A stretch of DNA of 60,152 nucleotides from Kordiimonadaceae bacterium (GCA_016765035.1 JAESQS010000026.1:1-60152); one strand, 5' to 3'; positions 42,921 to 54,062 are shown, numbered from the stretch's first letter. The notes: generated by a model from the sequence alone, not told the origin. Translations and numbers: made by a program.

Positions 42921-45201
42921 ATGGCCGTGTTTGAGAGTACTCCACAAGCAAGACTTCTCACTATTAAAAATTTACTTTTAGCTGTGACAGGATTTTTAGT
43001 TCTGATTGTCGCGCTAATGGCAGTAAACCAACTGTATTCCGCTAATCGGGACCTGAATAAGGCCGAGCGGGCCATGGACTTGAATGCTCTTATTGATGAT
43101 ATTGTGACGCTGAAGCTTTCTATCAGTGGCGAACGTAATTATACGCTAACTGCTTACGGTTTTCCGGGCATTGCACCAGATATATTCTTAACGAAAATTG
43201 GCCTTAATCGCTCTGGCGTTGAAGGGGCTTATGAGAATATTCAAATCCACCTTCAAGCATTGCCTGACTTCGACGGAAAAGAAGGCAATGAAAAAATATG
43301 CAGAGGCTGAAGAGGCTTTTAAAGCTTATAAAAAAGAGCTTTTCGAAGCCTATAAAACATATCGCGCGTTGCACGACATAATCGATACAGATATTTCAAC
43401 GGGTAGTAGGGAAACATCAGCGCGTAAAATCAGCCGCGCCATGAATAACCTTGTTGAAGCTGCTGCAAAAGTACGGACAGAAGTGGAATCAAATTTTGAT
43501 TTTGGGGATGACCGCATTGCAGTCGTAAACCGCCTGAAATATCAATTGTGGGTGATGATAGAATTTGCTGCCCGCGAAGCTGCAACGCTTGGGCAAAACA
43601 TCGCTTCTGGCCAGACAATTACTGATTTCCAGAAAGACCGAGGGGCGCGGTATGGGGGGCGTGGCCAAGGGGCCTGGGTGCAAACTCAAGCCATTGCAGC
43701 CTCTGCAACTGCTTCGGGAGAGATTGCAGGGCAGCTCACTAAAATTCAAGATGTGTTTTTCGATAACTTCAGCGAAAAACGCTTTGAACTTTATGACCTT
43801 TCTGACAGCGCGGTGGAAGATGCTGCTGATAGCGACGACTCTGAAAGTGTGGTTGTGGATTATGAGCAAACACCGAGCGCTTGGATGGAAGTAGCCAACA
43901 ATGCCGTTGAACCGGTAATGATGATGAGTTCCTACGCAAATACATTGTCACAACAATTGAATGACGACGCAGTTTCCGATGCCACAACGGCAATGATTGG
44001 CTCTGTTGGGTTGATCTTTTTGGTCCTAGCTGTGGGAGGTGTTTCTTTTTGGGTGGTAATTTCCCGTGTTGTTAGGCCGGTTAATGCGCTGTCTGATACG
44101 ATGATTGTTCTGGCTGATGGCACCCTTGAAGTTGACGTACCCAATACGGCCCGTGGCGATGAAGTGGGCGACATGGCACGGTCTGTTCAAGTGTTTAAAG
44201 AAAATGCAATTGAACGCCGTGAGCTAGAAGTGCGTCAGCGCGAGCAGGAAGAAGTTGACCGTAAGCGTGCAGAAGAAGCCACTGTGCTCAAGCATGAAGA
44301 GGAAGAATCCCGGCGGCTGCGTGAGGAAACGCAGGCTGAAGAAGCCCGGCAAGAAAGACGGAAAGCAATTCTTAACCTTGCAGACCAATTTGAATCCAGT
44401 GTTATGGCTGTTGTTGAAGCAGTTTCGACTTCTGCTAAAGAGGTGGAAACCTCTGCCAGCACCATGTCTTTAACGGCGGAAGATACGTCTCAAAAATCGA
44501 ATGTTGTGGCCAATGCTGCGCAGCAAGCAAGCAGCAATGCACAGATGGTTGCCAGCGCCGCAGAGGAGCTTTCTGCTTCTGTCCGCGAAATTACCGGCCA
44601 AACCAATCAGTCCAGTGCGGCTGCACGGGATGCCGTAGCCCGTACAGATGCGGCAGGGCAGGATATTGAAAACCTGGCTGTTGCGGCACAAAAAATTGGC
44701 GACGTTGTGAAGTTGATTAATGATATTGCTGAACAAACCAATTTGCTTGCTCTTAATGCCACCATTGAAGCGGCACGAGCAGGGGATGCGGGTAAAGGCT
44801 TTGCTGTTGTTGCTAATGAAGTGAAATCACTGGCAAACCAAACAGCGCGGGCAACGCAGGAAATCACTGAGCAAGTGAATAGTATGCAAAATGCGACACA
44901 AACTGCTGTTTCGTCCATCAGTGAAATTAAAGGCATCATTGGGAATATTGAATCGACATCAGTTTCTATTGCGTCAGCGGTGGAAGAGCAGGATGCATCA
45001 ACGCAGGAAATTGCCCGCAATGTTTCTGAAGTTTCTTCTGGTACGGAAGAAGTGACAGCCAACATCAATGATGTGAGCAGCGGCGCGACCTCAACTGGCA
45101 GTGCTGCAACGCAGGTGTTGTCTTCCGCGCAACAATTGACCCAGCAATCAGAAGACCTACGCGGGCAAGTGGAAAGCTTTCTGGTTACTATCCGCGCGTA
45201 G
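42921..45201 (+). pseudogene. Methyl-accepting chemotaxis protein with a one-base frameshift at the A6 run 43291-43296
   Basis: TM1 is in the upstream frame; TM2, HAMP and [20 protein letters not shown] are in the downstream frame; removing one A joins them as GNEKYAEAE. Confidence 0.85.
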
Positions 45202-45253
45202 ATACGCGCTGGCTGCAGCTAACGTTTGCAGGAGCGCGCAGTTCGTAAAATAT

Positions 45254-45290
45254 AAAGGTGCCGCTTTAAGGGAAGCGGCGCCTTTTTTTT
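45254..45290 (+). terminator. Intrinsic terminator
   Basis: AAAGGTGCCGCTT...AAGCGGCGCC followed by T8. Confidence 0.85.
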
Positions 45291-45330
45291 GGAAAGTTAA
45301 TGTACCCCCCCTGTTGTGGATAGGGGGCGT

Positions 45331-45358
45331 GTAACTAACTACGACGGATATGCTCTAG
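45331..45358 (-). repeat. MITE-like repeat terminus
   Basis: Reverse complement CTAGAGCATATCCGTCGTAGTTAGT is nearly identical to 45733-45757. Confidence 0.7.
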
Positions 45359-45536
45359 TGCGCGGCTATGAACCTAGTATAGGGCGTGGGGTTATCTCAG
45401 TGTGCCGTTGTTTTTTACCTGTAAAGCAAGCTCGCTTGCATGAGAAAAATCGGGTTTTAAATAAGGCTTGTTATACTGGGCAAGCAGGCTATAGTGCGCT
45501 CCGCAGTTGCGGGGATATAGGCCCTGTTTATGTGAT

Positions 45537-45626
45537 GGAGCCGTGGCTGAGTGGTTTAAGGCGCACGCTTGGAAAGCGTGTTGGGTGGTAACGCCCCCGA
45601 GGGTTCGAATCCCTCCGGCTCCTCCA
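45537..45626 (+). tRNA. tRNA-Ser(GGA)
   Basis: GGAGCCG/CGGCTCC acceptor stem, CACGC-TTGGAAA-GCGTG anticodon arm, long variable arm, GGTTCGAATCC and encoded CCA. Confidence 0.97.
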
Positions 45627-45732
45627 TTTTCATAATTATTTACCACCTTACAATAGGTTTTTTATATAGCCACAAATGAGTGTTTCGCAAAATTGTGGAA
45701 GGCTGTTGATATTTGGTTTGCGGTTTTTGTGT

Positions 45733-45795
45733 CTAGAGCATATCCGTCTTAGTTAGTACCATTGCCGTCCACTCCCCGCTTACTCTCTATGGCTG
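45733..45795 (+). repeat. MITE-like dispersed repeat
   Basis: CTAGAGCATATCCGTCTTAGTTAGTACC...CCACTCCCCGCTTACTCTCT. Confidence 0.75.
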
Positions 45796-45905
45796 AGGGT
45801 CATGGATGGCTGGCATCCTTCTGGGGCCACACCAGACATGCTTGTGTTTTTCATAGGACCAAAGAGAGCTAGCCTTGCCCTCTCTCTGAAACATGTCCAG
45901 TGGTC

Positions 45906-46223
45906 TTAATTTAACGGGGTAAATTCAGAAAATAGTGCTGATATTTCAGCAACGTCTGACACGGGAACATAGTCGCAAACAGCAGAATAAGCCTGCCACA
46001 TTTCCTGGACTTTAGCATTGGTATGAGCTGCCGCTATACAGTCTTTAGAGGCCCACTCAAATACCTCAATAATAATGCCATCTTCAGAACGCATGATGAT
46101 AGAGTCTCTATCACTCGCCAAGCCTTCAGCCCTTAATATTGGAAGGTGGGTTTTCATCAAAGCGTCAAGCTCGCTTTCTTTGCCTTCTTTCGGCTTATAT
46201 CCAACGATAACTATTCTGCCCAT
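45906..46223 (-). CDS. Small dimeric alpha/beta-barrel (ABM-like) protein
   Basis: IVGYKPKEGKE...IEVFEWAS...AAH pattern. Confidence 0.7.
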   Translation of the reverse strand: MGRIVIVGYKPKEGKESELDALMKTHLPILRAEGLASDRDSIIMRSEDGIIIEVFEWASKDCIAAAHTNAKVQEMWQAYSAVCDYVPVSDVAEISALFSEFTPLN

Positions 46224-46516
46224 TTTATGTACCTTTTTAAGAAATAAAATACTTTACATGCTGCGATAAAATGTAACTGTTCTTAGAATATGAACGTATT
46301 AAATGTATTTTAGCTTCATTGAAGATATTGTTAGTAGGGTGTGTATGCAACTCTTTATCACGAAGGGAGTGCAGGATGACAGGGGGAATAAAAAATGAGA
46401 TTAGGGGTTATATGGCAGTTTTCTGCCATAACACCAAATCGAAAAGAGCATATTTTTTAGTTTTTCATCATTGCATACTTATGCCAACACATGAATAGTT
46501 TGGGAGATATAAAGAT

Positions 46517-46939
46517 ATGCATTTAATGACAACAAACCATAAAGTTGCACAACAAATTTCTGTCGATAAATTTGTGGGTGGCACCATAAGAGCCCGCAGA
46601 CGGCAACTTAAAATAACACAAAGCGAACTGGGCAAGAGTGTAGGTGTCACGTTCCAACAAATCCAAAAATATGAAAAAGGGGCAAACCGTGTTGGCGCAG
46701 GGCGTCTTTTTCATATTGCCAGCACTTTGAGTGTTCCAGTTGAATTCTTTTTCGAGGGCGTTGAGGAAATACTGCCTGAAGTCGAAACAAATCATAGGGA
46801 AGTGGCTCGTGTTGATGATGAAGCTCGGGAAACCCTCTTCCTGTCTTTATACAGTATTCTCGACCCTAAAATTAGCTGGAAAATAAGGGGCTTGGTTAAA
46901 GCTTTATCTCAGTCTCATGAACAGCGCCCCCAACTATGA
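46517..46939 (+). CDS. XRE-family HTH regulator (PraR/PhrR-like)
   Basis: ITQSELGKSVGVTFQQIQKYEKGANRVGAGRLF. Confidence 0.9.
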   Translation: MHLMTTNHKVAQQISVDKFVGGTIRARRRQLKITQSELGKSVGVTFQQIQKYEKGANRVGAGRLFHIASTLSVPVEFFFEGVEEILPEVETNHREVARVDDEARETLFLSLYSILDPKISWKIRGLVKALSQSHEQRPQL

Positions 46940-47391
46940 GTCTTGTTAGTTCAGGGAAAGAAGCGACACTTGAGTCCATACGGCACGCTATGAAAAATGA
47001 TCTTTCTACATTGCAAAATATGGGGGTTTTTAAAAAACGGGTTCAAAAGCTAATTTCGAAAATGGGTTTCAAGGGCTATAGCTATTACAATTTGCTATGT
47101 CCTGGTGACCCGCCCATTTTCACAACTATTCCCCCGGCCGTGTGGAATGACTATCACAGCCAAAACTTTCATGACCATGATATTATCTTGAGTTATGGCA
47201 AGTCTAACAATGACCCGACTTTATATTCCTCCCTTCTACGGCAGTTAAAATGGTTGCCGTATAAAACCGAATTAACAATGAAGAACGAAGAGATAGAAAA
47301 ATTTTACCGCGCTAGCGGCATATTGGATATGTATTTGATACCGTTCAAGGATGAGGGAAAGTCTCACATGTTGGCAATTCTGGACATGTGA
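46936..47391 (+). CDS. Autoinducer-binding-domain-only protein (possibly a truncated LuxR)
   Basis: MGFKGYSY...PAVWNDYHSQNFHDHDII resembles the LuxR ligand domain; no HTH before the stop. Confidence 0.6.
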   Translation: MSLVSSGKEATLESIRHAMKNDLSTLQNMGVFKKRVQKLISKMGFKGYSYYNLLCPGDPPIFTTIPPAVWNDYHSQNFHDHDIILSYGKSNNDPTLYSSLLRQLKWLPYKTELTMKNEEIEKFYRASGILDMYLIPFKDEGKSHMLAILDM

Positions 47392-47548
47392 AAAGGGGGT
47401 TTATTTACAACTTAGGGCGTTTGAAACAATACAATTTTAATTAGATTAACCCCTTTAGCGTGTATTATAATAAACATTAAGATTGTATTTTGGTTAGATT
47501 TGCTGAATATTAGAAGGCTATTGAAGAATAGTTGGGGAGCTAATACTC

Positions 47549-48334
47549 ATGAATTTAGCATACGCACCAAATATTGAGATCAAGTATTTAACCCATTTAT
47601 CCCAATGTAGGGACATAAAGTCTTTCGTCCAGACGATTAAATCTATGCTGGAAAAAATGGGCTTTGCCCACTTTGGCATTTCACGCCTTGATAGTACGGG
47701 AGTGCCTGAAGCCCCGGTAGAAACTGTATCGCAAGATTTGTTCAATTCTTATTTTGAAGGCGGCTTTTATACATTTGATTTGATGGTAGACGCCATTCGG
47801 CAGAATAACCTCTTGGAACCTTTCTATCGTAGTAAAATCCTTTCCTTCTTGGATACGGTAGAGTTTAAAACAGACCTTTTTGACCAAAATCATGAAATTT
47901 CGAAACTATTGAGCAGTTATGGCTATCATGATCTGATTATTATTGCGGAGCCTGCGGCTAACAGCCAAGGCAGTGTCCTTCTAACGCTTTCTGCCAAGAC
48001 GGAAAACTTAGGGAAATATCATCAGCTTTTTGAAGAATGCAAGGTTCGCCTCAGAATGCTGTTACGGGCAATTGATTTTATTGGCACCAAGAATTTTGGA
48101 GAGTTTTGGATTCCTGCTGGCGAGAGCACAGAAGTAAATATCACGCCTAAAACATTGGAATTGGTAACACTGATGGCTGAACATGATCTTCGTGTTGATG
48201 CCGCCGCATACAAACTGGGCAAGAGCGTAAGCACCTGCAACAAGCAAATAATGTGGCTGAAAGATGAGTTTAAGGTGTCAACCATTCAGGGTTTGACGCA
48301 TCGACTTATAAAATTGGGTTTTATAAAAATATAA
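47549..48334 (+). CDS. LuxR-like regulator (ligand domain plus HTH)
   Basis: MGFAHF...SYFEGGFYTFD ligand domain; C-terminal ITPKTLELV...AAAYKLGKSVSTCNKQI HTH. Confidence 0.75.
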   Translation: MNLAYAPNIEIKYLTHLSQCRDIKSFVQTIKSMLEKMGFAHFGISRLDSTGVPEAPVETVSQDLFNSYFEGGFYTFDLMVDAIRQNNLLEPFYRSKILSFLDTVEFKTDLFDQNHEISKLLSSYGYHDLIIIAEPAANSQGSVLLTLSAKTENLGKYHQLFEECKVRLRMLLRAIDFIGTKNFGEFWIPAGESTEVNITPKTLELVTLMAEHDLRVDAAAYKLGKSVSTCNKQIMWLKDEFKVSTIQGLTHRLIKLGFIKI

Positions 48335-48501
48335 GCGTGATTATTTTACTATAAATAGCCCTTCTATCTACCAAAAATAGTATTGTTATTAAAAAGTGGC
48401 TGTAGGCGGCTTGGATAAATTCATCAACTGGCACGTTATTAATAATGCGTGAATATACCGCCTTTGGCTTTCTGGCGGGTACTAGGGGGAGCTAGTGACC
48501 G

Positions 48502-49722
48502 ATGCATCAGTCAGACACACCTTTAAAAGAGCTAACATTAAGTGATTTCAAGGTAAAAAACCTTGTACCATTCTATGCAGAATTACGCGAAAACAACCCT
48601 GTCGCTCAGGTCCAAGATGGAAAAGGCGGTCATGTCTGGGTCGTTAGTCGCTATCAGGATGTCCATTATACCTTAAGTCACCCAGAAGCTTTTTCATCAA
48701 AAGCAATCAGCGAGATTATGCACCCCGAAGGCATAAAGGAAGATTGCCGCCGCGATTTGTTTGTTCTTTCTCAAGATGGCCGGGAGCATAAAAGAAACCG
48801 TGGCTTGATGACGAAAGCCTTCACATCAAAAGTTACTAAATCTTTGCTTCCTGATATTCGGGGCGCAGCAGAAAAAATGGTAGCCAGCATCAAGCGTGGC
48901 GAAAAAATATCCTTTATAGACAGGTTTGCGCACCCTTATGTTACGGCAATTACAGACAAGGTTTCGGGTATTGAACAAACGTTAAGCCAGAAGGAAATGG
49001 ATACTTGGCTGACTGTGTTGGGGGAGGTTATCACGGGTACTCCTGATAAAAAGCGGTTGGCGAGCATTGAAAAAATCATTCAGCGCCAAACCAACAAGTT
49101 TACCAAGACTATTGCCCAAAAGAAGCAATGCCCCGGCACTGATCTGATTTCAGAACTTATCGGGGCGGAAGTAGACGGCGAAAAACTATCTGATGTAGAT
49201 TTATTAAATGCCGTGGAATTAATTTATGTTGGTGGCTTTCATCCTCAAGTCCAGATGTTGTGTCGGGCTATGGTTCAGTTATCCAATAATGAGGGCTTGT
49301 TTAAGGCTTTAAAAGCGTCTTCTGAGAAAGTACCGGCCTTTGTTGACGAGTTGTTACGGCATCAAACGCTTGCGCCGGGAACAATTCGTAAAACTCTTCA
49401 GGAAGTTACATTTCAAGGGGTGACAATCCCTGCTGGGGCTACCGTCATTTGCCTGATCAGTTCAGCCAACCGTGACCCTTCTGTTTTTCCTGATCCTGAT
49501 ACATTTGATATAACCCGCCCTAACGTTAAGAAACATCTTGCTTTCGGCTCTGGCTCGCATCTTTGCCTTGGGCGAGCACTGGCTAAACAGCAAATGATTA
49601 CTGGCCTTGAAGCTATTATTAAAAATTTCGACAGTATTACGTGCTTACCAATAGAAGAAATTGAAGAACATAATACGTGGATGTTTAGATACATCCCTAA
49701 TCTCAGCGTTATTTTTTCATAA
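48502..49722 (+). CDS. Cytochrome P450
   Basis: ELLR (ExxR), SANRDPSVFPDPDTFD and HLAFGSGSHLCLG heme motif. Confidence 0.95.
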   Translation: MHQSDTPLKELTLSDFKVKNLVPFYAELRENNPVAQVQDGKGGHVWVVSRYQDVHYTLSHPEAFSSKAISEIMHPEGIKEDCRRDLFVLSQDGREHKRNRGLMTKAFTSKVTKSLLPDIRGAAEKMVASIKRGEKISFIDRFAHPYVTAITDKVSGIEQTLSQKEMDTWLTVLGEVITGTPDKKRLASIEKIIQRQTNKFTKTIAQKKQCPGTDLISELIGAEVDGEKLSDVDLLNAVELIYVGGFHPQVQMLCRAMVQLSNNEGLFKALKASSEKVPAFVDELLRHQTLAPGTIRKTLQEVTFQGVTIPAGATVICLISSANRDPSVFPDPDTFDITRPNVKKHLAFGSGSHLCLGRALAKQQMITGLEAIIKNFDSITCLPIEEIEEHNTWMFRYIPNLSVIFS

Positions 49723-49755
49723 AAAATTATAAGCAAAATCAGGGGGATTTTTCCT

Positions 49756-51947
49756 ATGAAAGCACTTCAAATATACAACATGAGCCTTACATCCTGCTTG
49801 CTGCTATGTGCAGGAAACCCTGTATGGGCTGCCGCAGATAACGACCAGACAGATGCGTTGGTGGAAATAATTGTTTCAGCGCAAAAAACCGAAAAGCGTC
49901 TTCAGGATACAACAAATGCGACGACTGTTTTAAGCAGCGCACAACTTGAACAGGCTGGAATATATGGGCTGAATGGTTTGGAAAGTGGGTTGGTGCCTTC
50001 CTTAAGAATTCAGCCTTACGGCAGCGCAACAACATCTTTGGTTATGTCTATTCGCGGCTTTGGCCCCACAGACCCTGGTCAGGGAACTAGGGAACCTACT
50101 GTTGCGGTATATAAAGACGGCTTCTATATCGGGCGTATTCAGGGCCTTGGTGGAGAAATGGCGGGGTTTGAACGTATTGAGGTGTTTCGGGGCCCACAAG
50201 GCACAATGTTTGGGCGTAATGCCGCTGGCGGTGCTGTAAACCTGATATCAAAGAAGCCGTCAGGGAAATGGAATTTCCGCCAAACACTCAGCTATGGCAA
50301 TTATGATGCTCTTAGAAGCATTACTGAACTCGATTTGCCCGAATTTTCAGGCATTCGCCTTAGCATGGACTATATCCATTCAGAACGGGATGGTTGGGTT
50401 AAAAACCTAGCCTCTGATCAAGCTGACTTTAATGCCTATAACAAAGATTCTGGTGGTATCAGCTTAAGTGCTGATTTGAGTGAAACCGTAAGGTTGGACT
50501 ATGATTTTGATCTCTCTCACATAGAATCTTCCATGAACTATTATCAGCTTGCTCAAGATAATTTTGGTTTTATTGGCGTTGAACCCCCAGCAACAACTGT
50601 TACACGCTTCCCTATAGACCCACTTCAACCCACTGTTGCTGAAACTCAAATGCACAGTTTGACCCTTACTTGGGCTGTGGCGGAAAATCTAACAATTAAA
50701 TCTCTCACATCCTTCCGCAAGCTAGATGAAGATACCAACGTCAACCTTGGGGGGGCTGCATATTTTAATGGTCTGACCTTCCTTGAAAAGGTAGATCAGG
50801 AGCAGTTTTCACAAGAGATTCAAATTCTTGGAACCCATAACCGAATTGAATGGGTGGCTGGGGCCTTTTATTTTGAAGAGGATATCTTCCAGTCAAAAGA
50901 TGATTTCTTTTCCCTCAGTTTTAATTTTTTAAACGGGACTGTTACGCCTGTATCACCGCCAACAAAGTTTGATTCGCTGGCTACATTTGCAGATGTTCCC
51001 TTGGTCTCTACGACAGCAAAAACCAAATCAAAGGCTGTGTATGGCCAAGCAACATGGACACCTCCGGGTTTGCAGGACAAACTGGAGTTGACTGTAGGGC
51101 TGCGCTATACGGATGATAGCCGAAACGGTGCTCGCACCATCTTTGGTGCCACCCCCTTTGATCTTGATGCAGACAGTTTTGACCCCTTGTTTGCTGTTAG
51201 ATATGGCTGGAGCGAGGCAGTCTCCACCTACGCAAAATACTCTACAGCGTTTAAGGCAGGCAGCGTCAGCATACGGTCTTTGAGCTTTACACCTTACGGC
51301 CCTGAAGATGTTGAAACGTTTGAGGTTGGTCTGAAATCAGAATTTATGGACAAGCGCATGAGGCTTAATCTTGCGGTGTTCAGTACCAACATAAAAAATG
51401 CTCAGATTGACTTTTTGAATCCGCTAAATCCAACAATTCTGGAAACCTTTAATGCGGAAAATACCGTTGAAATTGATGGGCTGGAAGTCGAAATTACCAT
51501 GATACCGGTGCCCGGTTTGGTCATCGGTGTGAATTACACCTATTTGGATGGCACCATGCCTCTACAGCCCAACCCGTTAGCTGGTGGGGCAACAGAACAA
51601 TTTAATTTGGCCCAAACACCAGAACATGCAGGCTCGTTAACAGTGGATTATTCAATGCCGGGTTTATCCTTTGGTACGCTCATAGCCCACGCAGATTTGA
51701 TGGTAACGGACGAATATCATTATGTTGGTTCTGGCCTGCAAGATTTGGATAGCTATGCACTGGTCAATGCTCGCTTGACGCTGGCAGATTTGCCTTTCGG
51801 CGGCGGAGGGTTGCAACTTTCCCTATGGGGTAAAAATCTGGCTAACAACAAATATGTTGTTGCTGGTTTCCGTTGCCGGCCATTGGTGCCGCTGTGGCAT
51901 ATGGCACACCGCGTACATACGGCCTAGATGTGACATACAGATTCTAA
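49756..51947 (+). pseudogene. TonB-dependent receptor with a one-base frameshift near the C-terminus (~51867-51871)
   Basis: EIIVSAQK and IEVFRGPQGTMFGRN; the shifted frame restores the canonical end PLPAIGAAVAYGTPRTYGLDVTYRF* (stop 51945-51947). Confidence 0.85.
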
Positions 51948-52237
51948 GCCTAAAATTGGAAGGCTATAGACTGGCAAAATAGGGAATAATGCAAGCAGGG
52001 GCGGGACACTATTGTTGGGCCTATGTGGTGAGTACGGCATAGGCACCTTCACTTTTTATGGTGTGGGTTACGTGCTGTAATGGGGTGTCTCGCGGGATAA
52101 TATCTTTACAGGTGCACCCGAGGCACTATGATACCCCCGCTGTAAGTGGTGTGTTGGGTACAACAGTTTCTGCATATTTAGCACCTTTTATTTTCCCGGT
52201 TCTGCCCCGATGCTGACAATCGGGAAGGGACATAACC

Positions 52238-53344
52238 ATGAAAACCATACTATACCGCTTGGCAATGGGGGGCATCGTATCAGCATCACTGTTGTTGGCG
52301 TTGCTTGGCCTTACGGGCAGCATTCAGGCATTTTATTATGAGATTGATGAGTGGTTAAACCCTCACTTTTACCAAACGCCCACCAAAGGCACCGCCAAAC
52401 ACCCTGCCGACCTAATAGAAACATTAGAAGCAGCTGTACCAGAAGCGATGGTATGGTATTTGGAAATGCAAAAAGGCCCTGGTCGCAGTGTGATGGTTGG
52501 TGTTGAGCCTCGACCAGACATGGCGACAGGCATCAAGCCCACGCTCGAAAAAGACTATTATTACATGGACCCGGTATCAGGCGATATTGTGGGGAGCCGC
52601 TTTTGGGGGGCTTGTTGTTTTAGCGCTGAAAACTTTATTAATTTCACCTATGAAATACACCGCGATCTTACATTACCCGGTGTTTGGGGTCTGTATCTAA
52701 CTGGTTTTTTAGCTTGTTTCTGGTTTCTTTCTTCAGTCGTCTTTCTTTATCGGTTGGCACGCAAAGGTAAAGCTACTCGAAGGGTTGCCTTCTCTACCCT
52801 GTCGGCCAAGGCCCAAGCGGCTATTGTTGTTGTGATGATCCCTGTTGCCTTCAGCAGTATTGAGCTGAACTTGTCTGAAGAGGTTTTTAAACCGGTTGTT
52901 TCATTATTTTCAGGTACACAGCCCAGTATTTATGCCGACTATGCGCAAAAAAGCCCCGAGACCTTCGGTGCCCGCACTCTATCGTACCGGGATGCCTATG
53001 AGATTGCAGAGGCACTTGGAAAAAAAGCGGGGGAAACTGCACCTGTTGGCGAATTATTTTACAGCATACCCTATAACTTTTATGGGATGGCATATGGTGC
53101 CCGCGACCCGGTAGGGATGGGCAATAACTGGGTTTATATCAGCGCAGCAGATGGCACCGTGGTTGGCAGTAAAAGGCCGTTGGATGGGTCTGCGGGGGAT
53201 GTGTTTACATCAGCGCAACTGGCTTTACACAGTGGCAGGGGTTTTGGCTTGTGGAACCAGATTTATATATGCCTGATTGGATTGTTGCTTGTAGGGGTTT
53301 GTTGGCGCGTAGGGCGATGGGCCTATAGGCAGGCCATGGCATGA
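52238..53344 (+). CDS. PepSY-associated TM helix domain protein
   Basis: LGLTGSI, YMDPVSGDIVG, YEIHRDL and LALHSG motifs; follows the TonB receptor. Confidence 0.85.
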   Translation: MKTILYRLAMGGIVSASLLLALLGLTGSIQAFYYEIDEWLNPHFYQTPTKGTAKHPADLIETLEAAVPEAMVWYLEMQKGPGRSVMVGVEPRPDMATGIKPTLEKDYYYMDPVSGDIVGSRFWGACCFSAENFINFTYEIHRDLTLPGVWGLYLTGFLACFWFLSSVVFLYRLARKGKATRRVAFSTLSAKAQAAIVVVMIPVAFSSIELNLSEEVFKPVVSLFSGTQPSIYADYAQKSPETFGARTLSYRDAYEIAEALGKKAGETAPVGELFYSIPYNFYGMAYGARDPVGMGNNWVYISAADGTVVGSKRPLDGSAGDVFTSAQLALHSGRGFGLWNQIYICLIGLLLVGVCWRVGRWAYRQAMA

Positions 53345-53537
53345 GGTTTGAGAGAGGGCATAAACTGGATGTGACCAAGCGCGCCATATAGCATTGTCTG
53401 AAAGATGCATTGATGATTGTATCAGATGTTGCCACAATCACGGGCAGAGCTATCGGTATTACTTTGCTCATACGGCTGTGCAGGATACTAGGGTAAAGGG
53501 AACTGGCCGGGCTGTTTCCAATCAAAGCGGTCATGCT

Positions 53538-54062
53538 CTAAAGCATTGTTTTTTTACCAAAATGAAAATTGAGCAAAAACATGCGGACTTGCTCGCCTTC
53601 AGGCCCTAGCGGCAAAATAATGACGGAGCATGTCTGAAACTCATTATACGCCAATTTAATCGGCAGGTTTAGCCGCATGACTGGTTTTTTATGGTCCACA
53701 ATCCAGTCATAAACTGCGCGCACTTGCTGGGTGTTACTGAGGTCATTCAGGTTTTTGCCTGTGGGGTCGTAGCCCAATGCATCAGTAATGCGGGTGCCAA
53801 CAAGGCGCACACTATAGTTTCCGGGGGTGTCACCAACATCAGTCAACTGAATGCTAGGGAGTATGCTTTTCATGGACGCAGGCTTGAAATCCCGACGAGT
53901 AGGGAAATGGCGATCCTTCCGGGCGGTATTCCACCACTCAAAGACCTCCCGCCCCCCGGGCCAGTTAACATCGCCAGCGCCAAAACCATGGATGGCGTTA
54001 GGCACGTGTAGTTTAGCTGTTGGATCCATCTGCGCACCATAAATACACCGAAAAATAGCCAC
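53538..54062 (-). CDS. PAS_5 (DUF1457-type) domain protein
   Basis: WW...PTRRDFKP...LPSI...VRLVGT...LPL pattern. Confidence 0.8.
   Translation of the reverse strand: MAIFRCIYGAQMDPTAKLHVPNAIHGFGAGDVNWPGGREVFEWWNTARKDRHFPTRRDFKPASMKSILPSIQLTDVGDTPGNYSVRLVGTRITDALGYDPTGKNLNDLSNTQQVRAVYDWIVDHKKPVMRLNLPIKLAYNEFQTCSVIILPLGPEGEQVRMFLLNFHFGKKTML

Noticed and set aside
45316-45646. ORFs overlapping tRNA-Ser
   Set aside because: Spurious translations of the tRNA and its flanks.
48445-48495. Tiny ORF MREYTAFGFLAGTRGS upstream of the P450 as a RiPP precursor
   Set aside because: No RBS; it overlaps a likely promoter palindrome (TTATTAATAA) and the P450 RBS; no known precursor motif.
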